The notes beneath the pieces are model-generated. The model saw only the letters and a program-made list of their open reading frames with translations, searched no databases and was not told where the DNA came from. From contig JAYQSL010000007.1 in assembly GCA_038146865.1 (NCBI GenBank), positions 301,203 through 365,202 of the forward strand: a DNA stretch of 64,000 nucleotides, given 5' to 3'. Position numbers and translations under genes: made by a program. Source of the DNA: Rhodospirillaceae bacterium (GTDB taxonomy: Bacteria > Pseudomonadota > Alphaproteobacteria > MPNO01 > UBA2964). Positions 19,935-30,681 of the stretch are shown one piece after another (the stretch's first letter is position 1; each line of letters begins with the position of its first letter).

Positions 19935-20504
19935 GTGCTAAGAAGTCTTATCATAATTTCTGGTTTCTGTGTTTTGGCTGCTACAACATGGTTTGTTTTG
20001 AGCGGAAAAGGGACAAAAATCAATTCTCAACCTGCATTAGTTGGGTCGATGAAAAAATTTATTCCAGCTCAAAAACGTTCGGATCCTATTCCCTTGACCT
20101 TTCTAAAGGATGATAATACCACAGCTTCCTTATCTGAATGGCGAGGAAAAGTGGTCCTATTGAACTTTTGGGCGACTTGGTGCAGCCCTTGTATTCGTGA
20201 AATGCCATCACTCCAAAAACTTAATAACCTCCTTTCAAAAGAGAGCTTTGCAGTTCTTGCACTCTCTCAAGATATGCAAGGTTGGAGAAAAATCCGCCCG
20301 TTTATACAAAAATATCAGCTCAACGACCTCCCCATTTATAACGATCCAAAATTAAGCGGGGCCAAAAGATTTGCGGTAAAAGGTTTGCCCACGACCATCC
20401 TGTTAGACCGGGATGGCAGAGAAATCGGACGTCTTCTTGGTCATGCCGAATGGGATAGTGAGGAGGCGCTAAATCTAATCAAATACCATCTATCAAACTA
20501 TTGA
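19935..20504 (+). CDS. TlpA-family periplasmic thiol:disulfide oxidoreductase
   Basis: 189 aa. N-terminal anchor followed by a thioredoxin fold with [14 protein letters not shown] start. Confidence 0.8.
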   Translation: MLRSLIIISGFCVLAATTWFVLSGKGTKINSQPALVGSMKKFIPAQKRSDPIPLTFLKDDNTTASLSEWRGKVVLLNFWATWCSPCIREMPSLQKLNNLLSKESFAVLALSQDMQGWRKIRPFIQKYQLNDLPIYNDPKLSGAKRFAVKGLPTTILLDRDGREIGRLLGHAEWDSEEALNLIKYHLSNY

Positions 20505-21443
20505 TTATCGAGTGGGTACGGGGCTTTCTCCGGTGTAGTCATAAAACCCGCGCCCTGTTTTTCGCCCGAGCCAGCCCGCCTCCACATACTTCGCCAGCAA
20601 GGGGCAGGGTCGGTATTTACTGTCGCCTAGTCCTTCGTAAAGCACTTGCATGATTGAGTAGCAGGTGTCGAGACCAATAAAGTCTGCCAATTCTAGTGGA
20701 CCCATCGGATGGTTTGCCCCAAGTTTCATCGCCGTATCAAGGTCTATGACTGAGCCGACTCCCTCGTGCAGCGTGTAAACGGCCTCATTAATCATCGGTA
20801 ATAAAATTCGGTTAACAATAAACGCGGGAAAGTCTTCTGAATTTACAGTCGTTTTTCCGAGTGCTTCCGCTAAAATTCGGATTTTGTTGTAGGTCTCTTT
20901 GTCGGTGGCAATACCTCTTATCAGCTCAACTAATTTCATCACAGGGACAGGGTTCATGAAATGGAGACCAATAAATTTACCTGGCCGATCGGTAGACGCG
21001 GCTAGTCTCGTGATCGAAATCGAAGAGGTATTAGTTGCGAGTAGGGCTTCAGAGTTGAGGTGCGGTACAAGTTTACTAAATATGGCTTTCTTTACGTCTT
21101 CATTCTCCGTAGCAGCTTCTAGAACAAGGTCGCAGCTCCCGAATTGGCTATAATCTGTGCTGGGGCGTACATTTGAAATTGTATTTTCAAGGGCTTCTGC
21201 TGTAATCCGGTTTCTATCAACTAGACGTTGTAGGCGATTTCTGATGCCTTCAATGGCCTTATCTAGGACCTCATCAGAAATATCCACAAGTGTCACGGGA
21301 AAGCCGCTTTGCGCGCAGACCTGGGTGATACCACTTCCCATCTGACCTGCCCCAATAATGCCGATGTGAGATATTTTGCCTAAATCATTATTTGATATTT
21401 GCTCTTCTTTCAGCGCTGCGTTTGCAATGTCATCCATGTTCAA
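20505..21443 (-). CDS. hbd: 3-hydroxybutyryl-CoA / 3-hydroxyacyl-CoA dehydrogenase
   Basis: 312 aa. Rossmann motif [13 protein letters not shown] and the 3HCDH C-terminal domain block ([15 protein letters not shown]). Confidence 0.9.
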   Translation of the reverse strand: MNMDDIANAALKEEQISNNDLGKISHIGIIGAGQMGSGITQVCAQSGFPVTLVDISDEVLDKAIEGIRNRLQRLVDRNRITAEALENTISNVRPSTDYSQFGSCDLVLEAATENEDVKKAIFSKLVPHLNSEALLATNTSSISITRLAASTDRPGKFIGLHFMNPVPVMKLVELIRGIATDKETYNKIRILAEALGKTTVNSEDFPAFIVNRILLPMINEAVYTLHEGVGSVIDLDTAMKLGANHPMGPLELADFIGLDTCYSIMQVLYEGLGDSKYRPCPLLAKYVEAGWLGRKTGRGFYDYTGESPVPTR

Positions 21444-21503
21444 TCCACTTTATTCGCACTAAGGCGTGAATTTGTTTTAAATGTTTGTTTATTGAGAAAT
21501 AAT

Positions 21504-22460
21504 TTAGCGGGGTTTTATCTCTTGCTTGTCTAGCTCGTCAGCCAGTTCGGGCAAAATCTGAAAAAGATCTCCTACCAGTCCATAATCCGCTACCTGGAAA
21601 ATAGGCGCTTCTTCGTCCTTATTAATCGCTGCAATTACTTTGCTGTCTTTCATTCCGGCTAAATGTTGGATTGCTCCCGAGATACCTACCGCCACATAAA
21701 GTTCTGGGGCTACAACTTTACCTGTTTGTCCAACCTGATAATCATTGGGGACGAAACCCGCATCTACCGCTGCTCGGGAAGCCCCAACACCAGCACCCAA
21801 ACGGTCGGCCACAGCTTCAACAAGTGGAAAGTTATCACCTGATTGCATGCCACGTCCGCCAGAGACGATGACCCTTGCAGACGTTAATTCTGGTCGCTCA
21901 GATTTTGTTAATTCTTGACCAATAAATCGTGATAAACCAGGGTCGGCGACCGGGGGTGTTTCTTCGATGTCAGCTGATCCACCTTGGTCACTTGCTTTGC
22001 TAAAGGCGGTGGTCCTGACCGTGACAACCATTTGATCCTCATCTGTTTGCACAGTGGCAAGTGCATTCCCGGCGTAAATGGGCCTCACAAAAGTCTGGGC
22101 ATCTTTAACTTCTGTAATATCTGAAATTTGAACTTGGTCTAATAGGGCAGCGATTCTGGGGGCGAGGTTTCTGCCCATGGTCGTGTGGGGCAAAACGATA
22201 TGTGAATATGGCCCCGAAATACTAACCACAAGGTCACCAAGTGCCTCTACGAGGCCGGTTCCGTATGTTTGTGAGTTAACACATAAAACTTTTCTGACCC
22301 CGGGAATCTTCGCGGCATCGCTTGCAACGCTAACGCATTGGTCGCCCGCGCACAGTAAATCAATGTTTTTACCTGCTATCTCTAATGCGGCCGTAATTGT
22401 GTTAAAGGTGCTATCCTTTATTCTAGTGTTGTCATGCTCGGCTACCACTAAGGCTGTCAT
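21504..22460 (-). CDS. etfA: electron transfer flavoprotein subunit alpha
   Basis: 318 aa. C-terminal FAD block [19 protein letters not shown]. Confidence 0.9.
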   Translation of the reverse strand: MTALVVAEHDNTRIKDSTFNTITAALEIAGKNIDLLCAGDQCVSVASDAAKIPGVRKVLCVNSQTYGTGLVEALGDLVVSISGPYSHIVLPHTTMGRNLAPRIAALLDQVQISDITEVKDAQTFVRPIYAGNALATVQTDEDQMVVTVRTTAFSKASDQGGSADIEETPPVADPGLSRFIGQELTKSERPELTSARVIVSGGRGMQSGDNFPLVEAVADRLGAGVGASRAAVDAGFVPNDYQVGQTGKVVAPELYVAVGISGAIQHLAGMKDSKVIAAINKDEEAPIFQVADYGLVGDLFQILPELADELDKQEIKPR

Positions 22461-23209
22461 CAGATAACCCCCGCTTCATTTTTTAACTTATCTACGAGTT
22501 CAGAAACACTGGACACTTTGCGTCCTCCTTCGCGAGGAGGGGGATCATCGACCCGCAAGGTTTTTATTCTTGGCGTAACATCCACGCCGAGATCGTCTGG
22601 ACTAAATTCTTCTATCGGTTTCTTCTTAGCTTTCATAATATTAGGGAGCGACGCATATCTTGGCTCGTTGAGCCGAAGATCTGTCGTAATAACGGCCGGG
22701 AGTGTCAGCTCTAGTGTTTCCAGGCCACCATCAATCTCCCGCGTAACCTGCACATTCTTCTCCGCGATAGCTACTTTCGATGCGAAGGTACCTTGAGGCC
22801 AATTCAGTAAGGCTGCGAGCATTTGGCCAGTTTGACTGCAATCATCGTCGATAGCTTGTTTGCCAAGGATGACGAGATCGGGATTCTCTTTTTTAGCCAA
22901 GGCTACAAGGAGTTTTGCTACCGAGAGTGGTTGCAATTCTGCATCGGTCAGCACATGAATCCCCCTGTCCGCTCCCATGGCCATCGCGGTGCGAATTGTT
23001 TCGGTGCACTTTGCTTCTCCCATTGAGATGGCGACGACCTCTGATGCAGTTCCAGATTCTCGAAGCCTGATCGCCTCCTCTACCGCGATTTCATCGAACG
23101 GGTTCATAGACATTTTTACATTAGCGAGCTCAACACCCGTCTTATCGCTCTTAACACGGACTTTCACATTGTAGTCAACGACCCGTTTTACCGCGACCAA
23201 GATTTTCAT
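22460..23209 (-). CDS. etfB: electron transfer flavoprotein subunit beta
   Basis: The ORF track gives a 322-aa ORF up to 23428. The canonical EtfB N-terminus [19 protein letters not shown] starts at ATG 23209, and the 73-aa upstream extension has no EtfB similarity. Confidence 0.9.
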   Translation of the reverse strand: MKILVAVKRVVDYNVKVRVKSDKTGVELANVKMSMNPFDEIAVEEAIRLRESGTASEVVAISMGEAKCTETIRTAMAMGADRGIHVLTDAELQPLSVAKLLVALAKKENPDLVILGKQAIDDDCSQTGQMLAALLNWPQGTFASKVAIAEKNVQVTREIDGGLETLELTLPAVITTDLRLNEPRYASLPNIMKAKKKPIEEFSPDDLGVDVTPRIKTLRVDDPPPREGGRKVSSVSELVDKLKNEAGVI

Positions 23210-23340
23210 GCTTTTCTGCTCCAACCGTTTTGTCTTGGTTTGATCTTCACAAACTGACTTCTGATTTAAAGATGCCAACCTACCTCGCCGCTTAGAGCTG
23301 TCAAGGAGACTTTGCGTTGCAAAATAAGCATGATTTGTTC

Positions 23341-23529
23341 TTAGGTGCCTAACAAAAAGGCGAGCCCCAATAGCGCTATAGCTGCCAGTTGAAAAAAAAC
23401 TCTCAGCCTCATTAAGCGATTGGACCATTTCGAGTTAAAGGGGCCTTGATGGATCATTCCGACAACTCCCATAACCAACACTATTAGGGTTGCCGCCATC
23501 GCTATGACAAGGATAATCGAAAAAACCAT
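23341..23529 (-). CDS. twin-transmembrane-helix small protein (HIG1-like)
   Basis: 62 aa forming two hydrophobic helices separated by a [16 protein letters not shown] loop. This layout matches the alphaproteobacterial HIG1-domain small proteins. Confidence 0.65.
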   Translation of the reverse strand: MVFSIILVIAMAATLIVLVMGVVGMIHQGPFNSKWSNRLMRLRVFFQLAAIALLGLAFLLGT

Positions 23530-23609
23530 GATTTTATTTTAGACCACGAACGGACTGGTTGAATAGCCAGGCATTTTGTCGCGCGATAGGCGTAGGAAGC
23601 AAGATCAGT

Positions 23610-24458
23610 ATGTCTCTTTTAGACAGAATTAAGGAATGCAATAACGCCGCCAATGTAGGTGAATATCTAGCTTTTTTTACGGGGGGTATTCGAGTAGGAT
23701 GGCTGAGTGGCGAATTTGCGGCAATCCTGGCCGCTTATCCCGAGGTTTTTTCGTTTGGTCCCGATGGTGTTTCGCTCGTCTCAGAGCTGAAAACCTATGA
23801 GGATAGGACGAGAGCTGTTGCGCGAGTAACGAAAGACCTTTGCGCAAAAGGTTGGTTTGAGGGGTGGCGGAATGAGGCTTATCCAGTAGGAACTAGCTTC
23901 TACGAAGAGCCCTTGTTTGAAATAGAGAGAGCAGCGGTACCTTGTTTTGGGATCCGGGCCTACGGTGTTCACGTAAATGGCTTCATAAAAAAATCAGGCT
24001 CGGTATATCTTTGGATAGGCCGGCGGGCTCAAGACAAGGCAACTTATCCTGGAAAACTGGATAATATGGTGGCCGGAGGTCAACCAGTTGGCATTGGGCT
24101 CCGTGAAAATGTGCTCAAAGAAGCTTATGAGGAAGCCTCTATTCCAAGCTCAATTGCAAACCAAGCCATTTCCGTGGGAGCTATTACATATTGTCACGGT
24201 TTTTCGGGGGGCGTTAAACCGGATGTCATGTTTGTGTTTGATATGGAAATGCCTGAAAATTTTACCCCCAAAAATACTGATGGGGAGGTCCAATCCTTCG
24301 AGTTATTGCCAGCGGAAGAGGTGCTGAAGATTTGCGCGGAAACATCGGATTTCAAATTTAATTGCTCTTTAGTCAATATTGATTTCTTCATTAGGCACGG
24401 AATTCTGGGTCCTGACCATCCGGAGTTCCTCGACATCATTGCTGGTTTGCACAATTGA
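23610..24458 (+). CDS. NUDIX hydrolase with N-terminal DUF4743-like domain
   Basis: Nudix box AGGQPVGIGLRENVLKEAYEEASI. The ORF track starts at TTG 23559. ATG 23610 (MSLLDRIKE) has AGGAAG 10 nt upstream. Confidence 0.65.
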   Translation: MSLLDRIKECNNAANVGEYLAFFTGGIRVGWLSGEFAAILAAYPEVFSFGPDGVSLVSELKTYEDRTRAVARVTKDLCAKGWFEGWRNEAYPVGTSFYEEPLFEIERAAVPCFGIRAYGVHVNGFIKKSGSVYLWIGRRAQDKATYPGKLDNMVAGGQPVGIGLRENVLKEAYEEASIPSSIANQAISVGAITYCHGFSGGVKPDVMFVFDMEMPENFTPKNTDGEVQSFELLPAEEVLKICAETSDFKFNCSLVNIDFFIRHGILGPDHPEFLDIIAGLHN

Positions 24459-25105
24459 AAAAGCTTATTACAAAAAAGCGGCTGGATCTTTGTGTGGCAG
24501 AACTCTGTGAAAGGGATGCAAAGCTGCGCCTTTTGGTTACACGCATCGGTCCACCCCCGCATTGGTATCGTCCGCCAGGTTTTAGGACCTTGCTCTATTT
24601 AATATTAGAACAACAGGTGTCTTTGGCATCCGCTAGAGCTGCTTGGGATAAATTAGTTACAAGGCTTGGCAGGGAGCCATCTCCCGAGACCTTTTTAAGG
24701 TTGTCAGATCAACAGCTCAGGGATGTCGGTCTATCTCGACAAAAAATTCATTATGGGAGGAATTTAGCGGAGGCGGTCCTGAGCCGAGTTCTGAAGCTGG
24801 ACAAACTGCAATCGCTCGATGATGCCTCAGTGCGCGAGTGTTTAACTAATATAAAAGGCATAGGAAGATGGACAGCGGATATTTATATGCTGGAGGCCCT
24901 TCGGCGGCCCGACATTTGGCCTATTGGAGATTTAGCACTTGTTGTCTCTGCTCAAGAGGTGTTTGGTTTGGATGAAAGACCTAGTGCAGAGCTTTTAGAG
25001 GAGCTGGGGGATGGCTGGCGACCTTGGAGATCAGTTGCGGCAAGAATTCTCTGGCATCTCTATTTATCTAAACCCAAGCGTCGAGGGGGAGACAAACCCA
25101 AATGA
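24455..25105 (+). CDS. DNA-3-methyladenine glycosylase II family (HhH-GPD) protein
   Basis: 216 aa. Helix-hairpin-helix block IKGIGRWTADIYML followed by PIGDLAL (catalytic Asp region). 4-nt overlaps with both neighbours. Confidence 0.8.
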   Translation: MKKLITKKRLDLCVAELCERDAKLRLLVTRIGPPPHWYRPPGFRTLLYLILEQQVSLASARAAWDKLVTRLGREPSPETFLRLSDQQLRDVGLSRQKIHYGRNLAEAVLSRVLKLDKLQSLDDASVRECLTNIKGIGRWTADIYMLEALRRPDIWPIGDLALVVSAQEVFGLDERPSAELLEELGDGWRPWRSVAARILWHLYLSKPKRRGGDKPK

Positions 25106-25770
25106 TTGATGATTTGCCTGAACTGTCTGGTCCGGTATTCGAACCGGCCTCTAAACGGCCTGCGAGCTCCATTGTCCTGTTGTTGCATGGTTATGGTGCG
25201 AATGGCGAAGATCTTATCGGCCTTGCACCGCCTCTTTCGCAAGCATTACCGGACACGGTATTTCTGTCGCCTAATGCTCCATTTCCTTGCGAGGGTAATC
25301 CGATCGGCGGTTTTCAGTGGTTCGACGTTTGGCAGAACGAAGGAAAGGATAGGATTAAAGCAGTTCGCTACGCGGCGGAAATAGTGAAGGCTTATATTAC
25401 CGCTGAGCTTGAAAAACGGGATCTTGATCTTTCGAGAATGGTATTTCTCGGATTTTCTCAAGGGACAATGCTTTCATTGCATTTAGGGCTGCGCTTAGAA
25501 AACCCGTGCGGTGCAATAGTTGGGTACTCAGGCAGATTAGAGGCACCAGAATTGCTGGAAAAAGAAATAAGATCCCGTCCTCCGGTTATGTTAATCCATG
25601 GTGAGGAAGACCCCCTACTTCCCGTCGAGATGATGGACGCTGCGGAGACAGAGCTGAGGGCTAATCAGGTAGACATTAGCTCCTTTCGACGGCCTGGTCT
25701 TGGCCATGGTATCGATCCAGAAGGACTGAAATTGGGAGCCGCTTTTATAAGCCGTTGCTTAGCTGGCTGA
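25102..25770 (+). CDS. phospholipase/carboxylesterase family alpha/beta hydrolase
   Basis: 222 aa. LLHGYGANGEDL, nucleophile elbow GFSQGT, and late Asp and His residues (HGEEDP, GLGHGI). Confidence 0.8.
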   Translation: MIDDLPELSGPVFEPASKRPASSIVLLLHGYGANGEDLIGLAPPLSQALPDTVFLSPNAPFPCEGNPIGGFQWFDVWQNEGKDRIKAVRYAAEIVKAYITAELEKRDLDLSRMVFLGFSQGTMLSLHLGLRLENPCGAIVGYSGRLEAPELLEKEIRSRPPVMLIHGEEDPLLPVEMMDAAETELRANQVDISSFRRPGLGHGIDPEGLKLGAAFISRCLAG

Positions 25771-25828
25771 CCCTTGATAGTCATTTGTTGCTATGTTGTG
25801 AGAGGTTAAAAGCCAGATTTGGAGGGCA

Positions 25829-26234
25829 GTGATGATTGAAACAAAGGGTGTTTGCCATTTTACAATACCCGTCACAGATAGTCGTCGGAGCACGGAGTTT
25901 TATACCGAGATACTTGGGTTTCGATTGCTTAACGCCAATCATGAAAGAGGGATGGTGTTTTTAGATACGGGCGGAGATTGCGTTGTTTTGATGAAAACAG
26001 ACACTAGTATCGCGCCGGTAATGCAGCGTGACTCCCATCATGCGTTTCACATCGATCCGGATAAATTTGATAGCTCATTGCAATTTTTAGAGGATAAAGG
26101 GCGTAGAGATTATTCTGGTTGATGAGAGAAAGGAAAAAGCTGTTGTTACGGGTCGAAGCATATATTTCCCTGACCCAGATGGTAATGTACTCGAACTTGT
26201 TGATATGTACGCTTATTCAGGTAATCAGAACTGA
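25829..26234 (+). pseudogene. VOC (glyoxalase/bleomycin-resistance/dioxygenase) family gene interrupted by a +1 frameshift
   Basis: ORF 25829..26122 encodes the first ~91 aa of a VOC fold (HFTIPVTD...). The expected C-terminus VEIILVDERKEKAVVTGRSIYFPDPDGNVLELVDMYAYSGNQN* is open in the next frame (26103..26234). The frames join if one G of the GGG run at 26099-26101 is removed. Confidence 0.6.
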
Positions 26235-26238
26235 GTTG

Positions 26239-27474
26239 CTATGCCGGTTCTTCGACCCTCCGACCTGTTGAGTCAATAAAGCTCTTGACGCTTTTAACCT
26301 CAGTACCAGCAAGGCGTTCTGCCAGCCAGTCAGCTAAGTATGTACGAGGGTTCTCTCCGTTTGCTACGGAAGGGGCGTCTGCCACCGAATGGTTCGCCCC
26401 TTCATAAACACATATTTCTTTGGGGGATTTGATCAGATCAAAAACTTCATAAGAAAACTCAATCGGGCTCAGTTGGTCCTGCTCACCAGCCATAATGAGG
26501 ACAGGACATTTTATTTCTCCAACATAGGGTCGCAGGTCAATTTTTTTAGCAAATTCATCAAATTGAGCTTCGTCTTCATAATTTGCCATCCACATATACC
26601 GTAGTTTAAAACTTGGCGATGCCATGTTAAAAATGGTGTTACACCCAGGTTCATGGCAAACCCCTGAAACCCCGACACCTTTTATTCTATTGCCCAACGC
26701 TGCCGCCCATTGCAGACCCCAGTACGTTCCGAAACTAGAACCCCGGACCACAATTTTTTGAGAATCTATTGACGGGTGATGTTCTAGCCAGTCAACGACC
26801 ACTTTTGCTGCATCCATGTGATTATTTTCGGTAACGTATATTCCAAGGGTGACGCTCTCCGCTTGGCCTGGACCATCTATCGATAACACAGCTATCCCGC
26901 GCTCAAGATAGGCATCTCCGTACATGGAAACACCACTCTCTTTGCAGCTATCCATTCCAGGAATATTTATGATGCAGGGGAAAGTCTCCCCTTTCTCGGG
27001 CTCACGAGGTAAATGCAAATATGCGTGTAACTCCTTTCCTTCGAAAGGGATCCTGACTATCTCTATGGGTCTGTTTGCGTACTCGATATACTTTTCATAG
27101 CAATGATTCATCCGCTCTTCTTGCTCGATTAGTTCCTCGTCGACCTCAAAGATCGGCCATCGGGCGGTAGCCCATAAGAGCGAGGCGGTGAGGTAACTTT
27201 CTCTTGCCGCTATAGTGCGCCCTGCTTGTTCAAAAGCGAGGGCTTTAGCTTCTCTCTTTTTTGCCGCAGTGTTGAATTCTCTGGCAAAATCGCTGACTTT
27301 CTTAACTCGGTCGCCGGCAGCTCGAAATTCTGGCACACCAGCGGGTGCTACCGGAGCGCTCATATATCGGATGCGTCCTTGGTCCCATTCCACTCCGACA
27401 GTCCTGATAACGGCATCCAAAATCCACCTTTGTTCCTGCCAGCGCTTCATGCGCCGATCCACTTTTGCAGTCAT
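26239..27474 (-). CDS. alpha/beta hydrolase with long helical N-terminal cap
   Basis: The ORF track extends to 27507. GGGGAGGAA lies upstream of ATG 27474 (MTAKVDRRMKRW), with 3 nt between them. Nucleophile elbow GSSFGTYWG. From memory it resembles the FrsA / dihydropseudooxynicotine-hydrolase group. This was not verified. Confidence 0.65.
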   Translation of the reverse strand: MTAKVDRRMKRWQEQRWILDAVIRTVGVEWDQGRIRYMSAPVAPAGVPEFRAAGDRVKKVSDFAREFNTAAKKREAKALAFEQAGRTIAARESYLTASLLWATARWPIFEVDEELIEQEERMNHCYEKYIEYANRPIEIVRIPFEGKELHAYLHLPREPEKGETFPCIINIPGMDSCKESGVSMYGDAYLERGIAVLSIDGPGQAESVTLGIYVTENNHMDAAKVVVDWLEHHPSIDSQKIVVRGSSFGTYWGLQWAAALGNRIKGVGVSGVCHEPGCNTIFNMASPSFKLRYMWMANYEDEAQFDEFAKKIDLRPYVGEIKCPVLIMAGEQDQLSPIEFSYEVFDLIKSPKEICVYEGANHSVADAPSVANGENPRTYLADWLAERLAGTEVKSVKSFIDSTGRRVEEPA

Positions 27475-27673
27475 TGATTCCTCCCCGAAAGAACCCCTAT
27501 CCATCATACGCTACGATGGGTAATTATTATGAGCAAGAGGGATTATTTGAGTCTTGGAGACTTGAAACTGTCTTGGCTGGCAAGCGTATTTTAACCTTAT
27601 AACGGTCTCTTGAGTGTAAGAATGGTATGAGAATTTAGTGGCATAAACAGCAATGTGCAGATTACCGCCAACG

Positions 27674-28561
27674 CTATGCGGCGGCAGAGATATAGGGGGC
27701 GTCGCCGCCGATCACAGTCCGATGCATACGGCGAATATCGGGAAGCCCATACCCACCGACCGCCCGATGGCAAAGGCTCCTGTTATCCCATAGCACTAAG
27801 TCATTATTTTTGTACTTGTGTCGATAATGGTAGGGTCGTTTCTTATCTGTGATGTAAGAAAATAGCTGGTCAAGAATAGGATCTGCTTCATCATCCTTCA
27901 TACCCACAATACCAACAGTAAATCGAGGCGAACAATATAGAGCCTTACGTCCGGTTTCAGGGTGTTTTAGCACCAATGGCTGTATAACTTCTGGCCGCTC
28001 CTTACTTTGTTTTTCATAGAAATCCTTCGCGCCCGGGCGATCTGGAGATATGGTCACACGCTTGTTACGAACTTTGCTAACATGGTGAATGCCATACTTC
28101 CCTTCGATCTGTTGTTTTAGTTCATCTGGAAGAGCTCTATAGACCGCCTGCATGTTACAGAACTCTGTATCACCTCCACGACCAGGATTTTTCACAGATT
28201 GGAGAATTGTAATTTTAGAGGGAACCCTTATGTGCGAGGAGTCCGAGTGCCAAAAGTCGCCACCGTCGACTACTCCCACTGCGGTACCATCCGGTCGGAT
28301 TTCATTAGAGAGGATCATCACATGTTCGCTCTCTTGAGTTGTATGTTGAATGTTTGCCGGTATTTCTAAAGTGCCAAATCGGTTGGAGAATTGGACTTGT
28401 TCCACTGGCGTGAGCCTTTGGTCCCTGATAACGATGACGTGATGATCCAATAAAGCCTGTTTGATCATATTTTCATCGGATTTTTTTATTGGTCGAGTTA
28501 GATCTAGGCCGGTTATCTCGGCGCCTAGTACATCTGAGAGCGGGCTAATTCTCATAATCAA
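27674..28561 (-). CDS. TauD/TfdA-family Fe(II)/2-oxoglutarate dioxygenase (paralogue 1)
   Basis: 295 aa. HxD in FWHSDSSH, plus GGDTEF and LWDNRSLCHRA (distal His and Arg). Confidence 0.85.
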   Translation of the reverse strand: MIMRISPLSDVLGAEITGLDLTRPIKKSDENMIKQALLDHHVIVIRDQRLTPVEQVQFSNRFGTLEIPANIQHTTQESEHVMILSNEIRPDGTAVGVVDGGDFWHSDSSHIRVPSKITILQSVKNPGRGGDTEFCNMQAVYRALPDELKQQIEGKYGIHHVSKVRNKRVTISPDRPGAKDFYEKQSKERPEVIQPLVLKHPETGRKALYCSPRFTVGIVGMKDDEADPILDQLFSYITDKKRPYHYRHKYKNNDLVLWDNRSLCHRAVGGYGLPDIRRMHRTVIGGDAPYISAAA

Positions 28562-28838
28562 ATCCTTCTTAAGGCTGAATAAGTATCTTCCGAGCGCGAC
28601 TTATGTCAAATGTCTGAAATTCGGTCACTTCCGCGCAGCCCGATTTATTCATAGGCAGGCTTTTCACAGAACGATCGTATCAAAATAGGGAGTCAATTTT
28701 TAAAATATCTCTAAAATGCGCACAATGATGCGATGCAAAACCAAATCTTATCGCGCTTTTCTATCAGATAGTCTTGCCAAAGGTTTTAAAATCTAACACA
28801 TTATGTGGTGACCTGAAACGAGATCATGACTAGATAGT

Positions 28839-29399
28839 GTGTTGCCGACCATAGATTCCCCAGCACTCGTATTAAACGCCGATTATCGGCCTCTGAATTA
28901 TTTCCCGTTGTCGCTGTGGTCATGGCAAGACGCGATAAAAGCAGTGTTTATGGATAGGGTAAATGTTGTGGATCGTTATGACAGGGAAGTGTCCTCTCCG
29001 AGTTTTTCGATTAAATTGCCCAGTGTTGTCGCACTGAAAGAATACATTCCCCAGGCTCGACATCCTTCATTCACTCGATTTAACGTTTTTTTGCGAGATA
29101 GATTCGCTTGCCAGTATTGTGGTGATAGCTTTCTCGCGACAGATTTAACGTTCGATCATGTGTTGCCAAAATGTCGGGGGGGAAAAACGAGCTGGGATAA
29201 CGTTGTTACAGCTTGTTCATATTGTAATTTAAAGAAAGCAAATCTGATCCCTAAAGACGCTAATATGTTTCCTCGACAGCCTCCATCCCGCCCAACAGTA
29301 TGGCAACTTCAAGAAAATGGTCGATTGTTTCCGCCCAATTACCTGCACGAGAGTTGGAGAGATTATCTTTATTGGGATAGTGAGCTAGAGCCAATTTAA
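28839..29399 (+). CDS. HNH endonuclease family protein
   Basis: 186 aa with a GTG start. CQYCG...LTFDHVLPKCRGGKTSWDNVVTACSYCNLKK is a complete HNH/zinc motif. Confidence 0.8.
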   Translation: MLPTIDSPALVLNADYRPLNYFPLSLWSWQDAIKAVFMDRVNVVDRYDREVSSPSFSIKLPSVVALKEYIPQARHPSFTRFNVFLRDRFACQYCGDSFLATDLTFDHVLPKCRGGKTSWDNVVTACSYCNLKKANLIPKDANMFPRQPPSRPTVWQLQENGRLFPPNYLHESWRDYLYWDSELEPI

Positions 29400-29552
29400 G
29401 ATACGTGAGATTAAAAACTCGCTGAACCAGGGAGACCATATAGTGGTCTTTGAGAATATTAGCCCGCAGTTACAGTGAAAGACTAAGAAATTATCGTGTC
29501 CGAAATGGAGACCCTGGATTTTTAGACGCACGGCGTAACGCGATAGAATCCT

Positions 29553-30125
29553 CTATATTCTTGTGCTTAGCCATATTGCAAGACGGGAGGAATTTTTAAT
29601 AGTAGTTTTCAGCACCTCGTAGCCCGGCGCATCTGTAGCGCCCTTTTCTCGTGCCAAATCTCTGTGCGCTACCTCATCTTGCCGATAATCTTCTATAATT
29701 TCTCTGAGCTCTGACTCGTCATCGCCTAATTTTTCTCTTTGGGCGCTATAATGTTCATCAATAACTTCCTCAATGGCCTCCGTGCATGCCATCGCGGCTT
29801 TTGGCCCTAGGAGAGCAGATCCAGCGCCCAATGCAAAACCAGCTATGTGCCAGAGAGGTGATAATGCGGTCGGACGCACTCTTCTCTCTGCGATTAATTT
29901 ATTAAACCCATCAAGATGCCGTTCTTCCTGCTTCGCCATCTCTCTTATTGGCTCCTCGGAAGGTGTGCCCTTAAGGACGGCTAATTGGCCTTCATAGATG
30001 CGAACGGCGCCATACTCCCCTGCATGATTGACGCGTATCATACGTTCCACTTGGACCTTCGGCTCTGGGTCTCCTGGAAGAAAATGTTGGACAAGCGTTT
30101 GGTTAGGTTTTTTTCTTTGGGTCAT
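29553..30125 (-). CDS. coq7: demethoxyubiquinone hydroxylase (di-iron Coq7 family)
   Basis: 190 aa. RVNHAGEYGAVRIYEGQ and repeated E..H di-iron motifs (EERH, DEVAH). Confidence 0.9.
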   Translation of the reverse strand: MTQRKKPNQTLVQHFLPGDPEPKVQVERMIRVNHAGEYGAVRIYEGQLAVLKGTPSEEPIREMAKQEERHLDGFNKLIAERRVRPTALSPLWHIAGFALGAGSALLGPKAAMACTEAIEEVIDEHYSAQREKLGDDESELREIIEDYRQDEVAHRDLAREKGATDAPGYEVLKTTIKNSSRLAIWLSTRI

Positions 30126-30628
30126 GGTTTGCCATTTCTTTGGGCTGTATAGAAAGCAAGAACGCCGGCAATAAATGAGATAAGTCCATTATATACCGCT
30201 AGTGACAGTCCAAATAGTGACCAAGGTATTAAATCACATCTCACGATCTCAGCATTCAGTAATTGTGAGCGTAATGTTTCTAAGGAACTGCCGCCGATGG
30301 GCCCCGTACAGCTAGGGGGGCCACTGTAAAGCCCGTATTCAATGCCGGCGTGCCAAAAGCCTATTCCGGAGGTGCTAAAAAAGCAGAGTCCGATCATCCA
30401 AAGTAGTCTTTTCCGTTGGTTATCCGAGAGACCCCTCTTGTATCCCAGCCAGCCAAAGATAATGACAGCGATGTGCGGATAACGCTGGATTACGCAAAGT
30501 GAGCATGGTTCCAAACCACCTACATACTGGCCTAAGAGCGCCCCTGCTAATAGCAAGGCCGACGTAACAGAGAGCACTCCGCATATCAGCCTATTATCGG
30601 ATCTAAAATTTTGTATCTGGTTCCACAT
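30122..30628 (-). CDS. disulfide bond formation protein B family membrane protein
   Basis: 168 aa with 4 TM helices. First periplasmic loop has CSLC, and the second loop has a Cys pair (SCTGP ... VRCD). ATGA overlap with coq7. Confidence 0.7.
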   Translation of the reverse strand: MWNQIQNFRSDNRLICGVLSVTSALLLAGALLGQYVGGLEPCSLCVIQRYPHIAVIIFGWLGYKRGLSDNQRKRLLWMIGLCFFSTSGIGFWHAGIEYGLYSGPPSCTGPIGGSSLETLRSQLLNAEIVRCDLIPWSLFGLSLAVYNGLISFIAGVLAFYTAQRNGKP

Positions 30629-30681
30629 AGTACTGTGCTTATTAGTTAGGCATTTTAGGAAAAATTCAAAGTACCTTTATT

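Noticed and set aside
20502-20507. tlpA-like and hbd genes converge with zero intergenic bases. tauE and the aquaporin gene share overlapping stop codons at 37935-37938 (CTAA).
   Set aside because: This is real but explained by genome compaction. No terminator or regulatory inference can be drawn from the sequence alone.
23210-23428. A 73-aa N-terminal extension of the EtfB ORF (322 aa in the ORF track).
   Set aside because: The canonical EtfB N-terminus [10 protein letters not shown] starts at 23209. The extension has no similarity to EtfB and overlaps the separately coded HIG1-like small protein region.
26099-26101. Programmed +1 ribosomal frameshift in the VOC gene.
   Set aside because: There is no slippery heptamer, no rare or stop codon at the site and no downstream structure. 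A simple homopolymer indel is the more economical explanation.
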